Origin: Anaerolineae bacterium
GTDB taxonomy: Bacteria; Chloroflexota; Anaerolineae; B4-G1; SLSP01
DNA length: 64,000 nucleotides
Direction: 5' to 3'
Assembly: GCA_035415725.1 (NCBI GenBank)
Contig: DAOOGN010000001.1
Coordinates: 77,382 to 141,381 of the forward strand
Shown here: in pieces, positions 18,658-27,239 of the stretch
Layout of the letters: every line of letters begins with the position of its first letter
Position numbering within the stretch: position 1 is the first letter of the stretch
Position numbers and translations under genes: made by a program
Notes under the pieces: generated by a model
What the model was told of the DNA's origin: nothing
Seen by the model: the letters and a program-made list of their open reading frames with translations, nothing else
Database searches by the model: none

Positions 18658-21605
18658 ATGTCTTGTTGACAGCTCAATCGCTGCAGGGCATCACGTGGTT
18701 GGCTGGTTTGTTGGCATTTATCCTTGTCTTCTATATGCTGTTGCTGAATTCGCGTCACACGGTCAATCGGCATATCAGCCTGTTGATGTTTTGGCTCGCT
18801 ATTTATGCCTTTGCGCTAGGCGAGTTGATAGGCGCAGTAAACATCGATCAGACACGGACATCAATGTGCCTGTTGGCAATGATGGCGGGTTCCCTTCCTG
18901 TAGGAATCTTGCTGGCCTCAATTGCACTCCTCACCCCGCAATGGATGCATGGACGCCAACGCTGGATAGTTTGGCTCCTGTATGTGCTCCAGGTGCTGCC
19001 TATCCTATTGACTGCCAGCGACGTACTTGGTAAGACGCAATTGTGGTATAGCCCTTATACCGATCCGCATTATGCCGGTGGCTATGTGCCTCCCCTTTAC
19101 ATTCAGGGTAACGTCGCCAATGTGTTGTGGCCGTTTTATCAGTATGGTGTACCCGCATTGACGTTGCTTTTTATTGTAAGCACGTGGTTGCAGCGCCAAG
19201 CGACATCTGTGACCCGCCGGCATAGCGGAGCGTTAGCAGGGGGCCTAAGTGTGGCTTATTTGCTGTATTTTGCGCTGCCGTCCACTATGCTGCCTGGTGC
19301 CTCAGCGACGGCCTCCATTGTCGTCATCATAGCAACCTATACCTACTTTGCCTTCCGGCAAATGACGATAGAGCAACGGATGCAGCGGGGACGTTTGCAC
19401 TCGCGTTTAGTTGGTCTTACACTGATCGTGGCCCTACCTATTCTGGTGGGAGTATTAGCCTTTGTGCTCATTCAGTCGCTAGAAGTGATGGAAGGGCAGG
19501 CTTTTGAGAAACTCGAAGCCACCAATAAACTTGTGGCGGCCAACGTACAACTATGGCTGGACTTCAACAGCCGTGCATTGCAGCAATTGGTGGCCTTGCC
19601 GCAGATCCGTAGTATGGACCCGGAGGAGCAACGGCCGGTTCTGCAGGTGATGGAAAGCGTCTATCCCTACATTTATCTGGTCAGCACGACCGACCTTAAA
19701 GGCATGAACGTCGCGCGTAGTGATGACGCTCCGCTGACAGACTATAGCGACCGCGAGTGGTTCCGAATGGCCCGTCTCGATGTGGTGGTTCACGAAGTGG
19801 TTATCGGGCGCACGAGTGGCCAGCCGGCGCTGGTCATGGCCACGCCTATTCGTGGACAAGGCCCCTTACCGATTGGCGCCTTACCGGTTGGCGTAGGAAT
19901 GTTTGCGACCACGCTGGAACAAATGTCCCGCGACATTGCGGCGACTCGCTTTGGCGAGTCGGGTATCGTCTATGTCGTCGATGCGCAGGATCGGATTGTC
20001 ATGCACCCCGATGCGGCAGTAACCAGTCAAATTCTGAATATCCACGATTCTCCTATTATCCAAAAAATGCGCGTCGATAAAGAACAAGAGTTTAACTTTG
20101 TCGATGCGGATGGTGTGCGCTGGCAGGTGTATGCTCAGGTCCTCCCCAACGGATGGGGCGTGATTGTGCAGCAAGAGTGGGATGAGCTGCATCGTCCGCT
20201 GCTTGACGTCGGTGAAACCGGAGCGGTAGTAGCCATTGCCGGCGCCACTTTGCTTGGCGCGTTGATGTTCTTTACGATGCGCCAGGCTTTTCTGCCTATC
20301 GACGCGCTTACTGTGACGGCCACGGCGATTGCGGAAGGTGATCTGACCCGCACGGCGCCGGTGATGAGTGAGGACGAATTGGGGGTGTTGGCGCGTACCT
20401 TCAATAGCATGACCGCGCAGTTGCGCGAGTCCATTGACACGTTGGAACAGCGGGTGGCTTCCCGTACCCTCGATCTGGAACGTCATTCTGCCTACCTGGC
20501 GGCTTCAGCGGAGGTCAGCCACGCGGCGGTGTCGATTTTGGACCCCGATATATTGATTCATCAAGTTGTCGATTTGATCCGCGAGCGTTTTGATCTCTAC
20601 TACGTCGGCTTGTTCCTGGTCGATGAGACGAAAACATGGGCGGTGCTGCGTTCCGGCACCGGGGCGGCCGGCGCAGCGATGTTGGCGCGTCAGCATCGTA
20701 TCCGTGTAGGCGAAGGGATGATCGGATGGAGCATCGCCAACGCCGAAACACGCATCGCTTCACACGCCGAGCTGGATGAAGTGCGTCTGGTCAACCCGGA
20801 ACTGCCGGAGACGCGCTCTGAGGCGGCTCTGCCGTTGCGCTCACGCGGGCAAGTGTTAGGGGCGTTGACCGTGCAGAGCAGTCACCCGGATGCCTTTGAT
20901 CCGGAAAGCGTGGCGGTGTTGCAGACGATGGTCGATCAGGTTGCCGTCGCCATCGACAACGCGCGTTTGCTGGCGCAGGCGCAAGCGGCACTGGAGTCCG
21001 AACGCCGCGCCTATGGCATCGTCTCGCGCCAGGATTGGAACCGCCTGGCGCGGGCCCGCGTCGAATCGGGCTATGCCGGTGTACGTCAGGCCGCGGCTAC
21101 CCAAGAGGTGGCAGTGCTCGTGGCGCAGGGCGAATGGAGTCCTGAGATGCGCACCGCGCAGCGGACGCAGCAGAGTGTTTCCGGGCAGCAAAATGGGATG
21201 CCGACGCTTGCTGTCCCCATTGTGGTGCGCGATCAGGTTGTGGGCGTGTTGAACTTCAGCAAGAGCGCAGAGGCCGGCGGACTCGCGCCAGGAGCTACCT
21301 GGACCCGTGAGGAAATCACCTTGCTTGAGGCTCTCGCCGGACAATTGGGGCAGGCACTGGACGTCGCCCGGCTCTACCGCCAGACAGTGCTGCGCGCGGC
21401 CAGAGAAGGTGCCATCCGCGAAATCTCGGATCAGATGCAACGGGCGACCGATATGACGGCGTTGATGCGTATCACAGCGGAGGCTTTAAACCGGACGCTT
21501 GGCGGCTCGCGCGTCTATGTGCACTTGGGCGTCGCTGCGGGTACGGACGCGCCCCCTGCCGCGGTTGAGCAGACGGACGGAGGAGATCATGGCGACACAA
21601 AGTAG
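18654..21605 (+). CDS. 7TM-dCache-HAMP-GAF-GAF sensory protein, no output domain; paralog of the gene at 5365
   Basis: ATGA overlap with the upstream gene. The N-terminal 7TM module carries [17 protein letters not shown]. A periplasmic Cache region of about 230 aa is followed by a TM helix. The HAMP region is [33 protein letters not shown]. The GAF reads [59 protein letters not shown]...[29 protein letters not shown]. Confidence 0.88.
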   Translation: [983 protein letters not shown]

Positions 21606-24600
21606 ACGCAGGAAAAAAGCGCCGGTCAGCCCGGCGCCATCACGCCAGAAACGACTTACCCTCGGTCTTTTCATCGATAGTTTGGCGATGGGATACCAGA
21701 ACGCATTGTTTCATGGCGTTGATGCGCTGGCGCGCGAGCGGGATGTCAATCTACTCGTCTTTGTCGGGGGCGCTCTGCATCCGGCCGGATCGCCGGCTAT
21801 TCCCGATAATGTGCTTTATGAACTGTGGGATGAAAACAACGTGGATGGGTTGATTCTGTCTTCTGGAGCCATCGGAACGGGGATCAGCCTGGAGGAAATG
21901 CAGATGTTTTCTGAGCGTTTCCGTTCTTTGCCGCAGGCCAGCATTGCCTTGCCGCTGGAAGGCGTACCCAGCGTGTTGATGGACAATTACATGGGTATGC
22001 GTGCCGTGGTCCAGCATCTTGTTGAAGACCATGGCTATCGTCGTATTGCTTTCTTTCACAAGCAAGAAGGCCACGCCGAGAACGACGCCCGCTATAACGC
22101 CTACGTGGATGTGTTAGCTGAGCATGGGATCGCCGTTGATCCCCATCTTGTGATTCCTGGCGTTCACTATAACACTCCTGAGACCGGCATGCGTTTACTG
22201 TTCGATGAGCGGCAACTGCGTCCGCGAATCGATGTTGAGGCTCTGGTGGCCGTCGATGATAGAGTGGCGCTCCAGATATTGGACATTTTGCAGGCCCGTG
22301 GCATCCGTGTGCCCGATGATGTGGCGCTGGTTGGATTCGACGACATCGAGGATAGCCGCTATGTGACCCCGGCATTGACGACGGCGCGGCAGCCTTTGCA
22401 TACCCAGGGACGACGTGCGGCAGAATTGGTGCTGGCGCAGCTTCAGGCCGAAAGCGAAGTCGCCCGTGGCGCCGTAGCTCTGCAAACGCGACTACAAGCT
22501 GATTTGATCGTTCGGCGCTCCTGCGGTTGTCTGGATACGACCGTCCGGCGGGCGCAAGTCGAAGATCGCCGTGAGGGAGGCATGCTTGCCGATATTGCCC
22601 TCTCTCTCGATGCAGCCTTGACCGCGCGCCGGGAAGAAATCCTTGTCGATATGATGCAGGTCATGACCCCTCCTGATGTCGCCGACTCGACGCGCCAGCA
22701 GATCGCCGCGCATGGGAGCCGGCTGGTGGATGCTTTTATCACGACCCTGAAGACTTTAGAAGCGGCTACACCGTCGGAAACCTTCTTGTGGACACTGGAT
22801 GAAATCCTACGGCAGACGGTGCTGGAACAGCGCGATGTGACAGCCTGGCAAGACGGCATCTCGGTGTTGCGACGACACGTGTTGTCCTGTACCTGTGCCA
22901 TCACGGTTCTGACGCGGGTCGAGAATCTGTTCCAGCAGGCACGGGTGATGATCGGTGGGGCGGCGCAACAGGCGCAAGCCTTTCAACGATTGCAGGCCGG
23001 GCGGCGCGACCAGATGCTGCGCCAGGTCGGCCAGACTTTGAGTACCGCCGCCAACCTTGAAGAGTTAGCCACGGCCATTGTGACCGAGTTATCCAGATTG
23101 GATATCCCCAGCAGCTATCTTTCTCTCTACGTCGATCCACAGGCACCCGCGGTCGGTTCAAAACTTATGGTGGCTTATGACCGCGTCCGTGGGTTTGAAC
23201 AAAAGTCGGCGGTGCATTTCTCCTCGCGCCAGCTCGTTCCAGAGGGATTTCTGCCCCCAGATCGGCGCTACAGCATGGTGGTCGTCCCCCTGTACTTCCA
23301 GAATATCCAACTTGGGCGCGCTCTCTTTGAAGTGGGGCCTCGTGAAGGCACGCTTTATGATGCTCTGCGGGGGCAAATTAGCAGCGCCTTAAAAGGGGTA
23401 CTGCTCACCGAGCAGATGACTGCCCGCGCCCTCCAATTGCAGACTTCTGCTGAAGTGGCGCGCGCTGCGAGCGAGATGCTTGATCCCGAGGCGTTGATGC
23501 AACGCGTCGTGACGCTGGTGCGCGAGCGGTTTAACCTCTATTATGCCGGCCTGTTCCTCGTTGAAGCCGACGCCGACAATCCCGAGCTGCAATGGGCCGT
23601 GTTGCGCGCGGGTACGGGCGAGGCCGGCGCGCAAATGGTGGCCCAGGGCCATCGTTTGCCGGTCGGTGATACTTCCATGGTCGGCTGGTGCATTGCACAC
23701 CGGGAAGCGCGCGTCGCGTTGGATGTGGGGCTGGAGAAAGTACGCCGGCCCCATCCGCTATTGCCGGACACGCGTTCAGAACTGGCATTGCCCTTGATCA
23801 GTCGGGGACAGGTCATCGGCGCTTTAACGATTCAAAGCACGCTGCCGGCGGCTTTTAGTCGGGAAGACATCATCGTGTTGCAAACTCTGGCCGATCAGCT
23901 TGCCAACGCCATCGGAAACGCGCGTCTGTACGAAGCTCTGGAGCTTGAGCAGTACTTGATGGACACCCTGATGGACAATACCCCGGATCATATTTATTTC
24001 AAAGATCGGGAGAGCCGATTTATTCGCGCCAGCCGTTCGCAAAGCAAACGTTTTGGTTTGGCCGATCCTCAGGAAATCATCGGCAAATGGGATTTCGATT
24101 TCTTTACGGAGGAGCACGCCCGTCCTGCTTACGAGGATGAGCAACGTATTATCCGCACCGGCGAATCGATAGGGGAGATTGAGGAGCGCGAGACGTGGCC
24201 CGACCGGCCCGACAGTTGGGTCGTGACGACCAAAATGCCTTTGCGCGACAGCGAAGGAAACATCATCGGCACGTTTGGCATTTCGCGGGATATCACAGCA
24301 CGCAAAAATGCGGAAATGCAGTTGGCTGCGGAACGTAACCTGCTGCGCGTTCTCATCGACAATCTGCCGGACTATATCTACATCAAGGACCGTCAGAGCC
24401 GTTTCTTGATTAACAACGTTGCGCATTTGCATGTGTTGGGGGCGAAAACGCAGGAAGAAGTCGTCGGCAAAACTGATTTTGACATTTTCCCCCACGAACT
24501 GGCGCTCCGCTATTACACCGACGAGCAGAAACTGATGGAGGCGGATGAAGCCTTGATCGACCGCGAAGAACCGGTGGTCGATCAGACCACCGGCATCAAC

Positions 24601-25827
24601 TTGTGGGTGTCCAGTACGAAAGTCCCTTTGCATGATGCAGATGGAAAGGTGAGCGGTTTTGTGGGGTTAACCCGCGACATCACCGAACGCCGCCGCACCG
24701 AAGCCATGCTGCGTCGGCGCAACCTGCAATTGCAGACCGTGGCCGAAGTGGCGCGAACCGCCGGCGGTGTTATGGATCTGGAGACCCTCATGCAGCAGGC
24801 TGTGGACTTATTGCGGGCACAACTCGATCTGTATTATGTGGGTCTCTTCCTGGTGGATGTAGCGACTACGCCGGCTGAATTTGCCAGTGCTCGTCGTCAG
24901 CAATGGGCTGTGTTGCGCGCCGGAACCGGGGAGGCCGGCGCGCAGATGGTCGCCCGCGGCCATCGTCTCGAAGTCGGCGGCACCTCAATGATCGGGCAAT
25001 GTGTGGCCACAGGTCAGGCGCGCATTGCGTTGGATGTGGGCGCCGAGGCTGTGCGCTTCGATAATCCGTTGTTGCCTGACACGCGCTCGGAGTTGGCGTT
25101 GCCGCTCATCAGCCGTGGTACAACCATCGGGGCGCTGACCATCCAGAGCACGGAAGCGTCCGCCTTTAGCACGGAAGATGTTGTCGTGTTGCAAGCTTTG
25201 GCCGACCAGTTAGCCAACGCCATTACGAACATCCGTTTGTTCGAACAGACGCAGAACGCCTTGCGCGATCTGGAAATGATACAGCGCCAGTATGTGGGTG
25301 AGGCCTGGCGTGGTTACCGGGCGGCAGGACTACCCTCGGACTATGAAGTGACGCGCCCGGGTGTATCATCCTTGCGCGAGGCCGGCGGCATAGCGACCGT
25401 GTTGCCTGAGATTCAGGAGGTGTTGACCCAACAGGGCGCTGTCGTGATGCCGGGCCGTGATGCCCCCGCCAACGACCATGCAGCTCTGATCGCTCCGATT
25501 ACTCAGCGCGGCGAGATCATTGGCGCGTTGGGCATTCACGATGAGGATAGCGGACGGGAGTGGACCGAGGACGAAGTCGCCCTGGTCGAGATGGTCGCTG
25601 AACGTATGGGCATTGTTGCCGAGACGCTGCGGCTGCTCGAAGAGACGCAGCGCACTGCTGGACGGGAGCACCTGATCCGCCAGATTACCGACCAGATTCG
25701 TGGGGCCGTCACGGTCGATGAGGCCATCCAACGTGCGCTTCGTCAACTGGGCGATGCGTTGGGCGCTGAGATGATGGCGCGCCTAGAGATCGGACAAAAA
25801 TCGGTCTCTGATGTCCCGGAGAAGTGA
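21589..25827 (+). CDS. PBP1 (LacI-type ligand-binding), GAF, PAS, PAS, GAF, degenerate GAF cytoplasmic sensory protein (about 1412 aa), no output domain
   Basis: I place the start at ATG 21589 ([10 protein letters not shown]), preceded by GGAGGAG; the ORF-track start at 21499 gives an unlikely N-terminus. The PBP1 region reads [40 protein letters not shown]...[25 protein letters not shown]...[35 protein letters not shown]...IVRRSCGC. Two PAS domains follow ([19 protein letters not shown]...[30 protein letters not shown] and [19 protein letters not shown]...[30 protein letters not shown]). There are two canonical GAFs of the [20 protein letters not shown] type. Confidence 0.88.
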   Translation: [1412 protein letters not shown]

Positions 25828-25844
25828 GGGAAGTGAGGGAAATA

Positions 25845-27191
25845 ATGAACACTCAATTGTCGCCCGTGGAGATCGATCAGGAACAGGCCCGGCGTGTCCA
25901 AATGGCTCGGGCGGTCATTCGAGCTTCGATGGCAGGTGCGGCTATATTCTTGGTGGTCTTCGTGAGTATGGTGATCGTTGCGCCGAATTTCGAGAGTCGC
26001 TATGGGGGGGTGGCAGCTCTGGTGTTCTTAGTCTTCAGCGGCATCAGTTTGGGGCTGATCCGTCGTCAGCGACTGAGTCTCGCCATCACGATCTATCTCA
26101 CAGCGTTGATTGCTAGCTTGACGGTCGCTGTCTATCTTCTTGGCGGCGTCACCGGCCCGATGGCGATGGGTTTTGTCATGGCGGTGGTCATTGTCGGACT
26201 GATCGGCGAGCCTAAGTCGTTACGCTATGCCTCCATCATCGTTGGAGTCATTTATCTGACGTTGGCGATTTTGGAAGCTACCCAGGTATTGCACCCGGCG
26301 CCTGTCCCTGAGGTTGCCCGCTGGTGGATAGAAATCGTATTCTTCCTGGCTATATTTGTCGTGACGGCTTTGGCAGTCGGGGCCTTCGTCAACCAGACCG
26401 GGCGTGCCTTTGCGGCGGAGCGGCAACGTAGCCTGGAACTGGTTCAGGCGACGCGCCAGGCTGAACAGTTGGCAATAGCCGAGCGTGAATCGCATGAATG
26501 GGAGAGCCGCGCCGCCGTGCATCTGCGCGAGACCGTCGCCGGCTATGTCGATTACCTGTCGCGGGTGGCCGCCGGAGACTACACGGCGCGCGTGGATGTT
26601 GGCGTGTTGGATGAGGCGGTGGAGGGCGACCGTGAACTACACGCTTTGGGTGAGTACCTCAATACAACCGTGGATGCACTGGTGGCGGCGCTGACCCAGG
26701 CTCAGGAAACACAACGTCGCTATACGGAACAGGCGTGGGAAACTTTCGTGGAGTCGGGGCGCGTGCAGCCTGGATTTGCTTATCGGCAAAATCAGATCAC
26801 CCCGGAGGTGGAGTGGTTGCCGCAGATGGCGCAGGCCGTGGATAGCGGAACGCCGGTGGTTGAGGACAAAGGCGCGGCTGTGCCGCTGGTCATCAATCGG
26901 CAGGTGGTGGGGGCCCTCGGCGGGGAGCATCCCGATGGTCGGCCATGGACCGCAGAGGAATTAGCTTTGATTGAGGATATCACCGGACAACTCGCGCAAA
27001 CGATCGAGAGCCTGCGGCTGTTCGACGACGTACAGCGGCGCGCGGCCCGCGAACAGATTTCCGCGCAGGTGACGGCGCGGATGCGCGAATCGCTGGATAT
27101 GGAGACCGTGCTCAGGACCGCAGTCGCTGAGATGCGCCGTTCCCTGGGTTTAGACAAGATCGCCATCCACCTGGGAGTATCTCAAAAATGA
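25845..27191 (+). CDS. Small membrane member of the family: 4-6 TM helices, coiled coil, helical '[11 protein letters not shown]' segment, GAF-like C-terminal part with tail; paralog of the gene at 44790
   Basis: ATG at 25845 is preceded by GAGGGA. An alternative GTG start at 25824 overlaps the upstream stop as GTGA. The TM region reads [15 protein letters not shown]...[14 protein letters not shown]...[19 protein letters not shown]. The C-terminus reads [48 protein letters not shown]. Confidence 0.8.
   Translation: [448 protein letters not shown]
27033..27138 (+). repeat. 106-bp perfect direct repeat, copy A (coding, C-terminal tail of the 25845 gene)
   Basis: Identical base for base to 29913-30018 (offset exactly 2880 bp). 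The flanking sequence diverges on both sides. Confidence 0.9.
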
Positions 27192-27239
27192 TAACCTGTT
27201 TGCGTTGCAGCAAACAGGAGTAGAGGGAGAACGAATACT

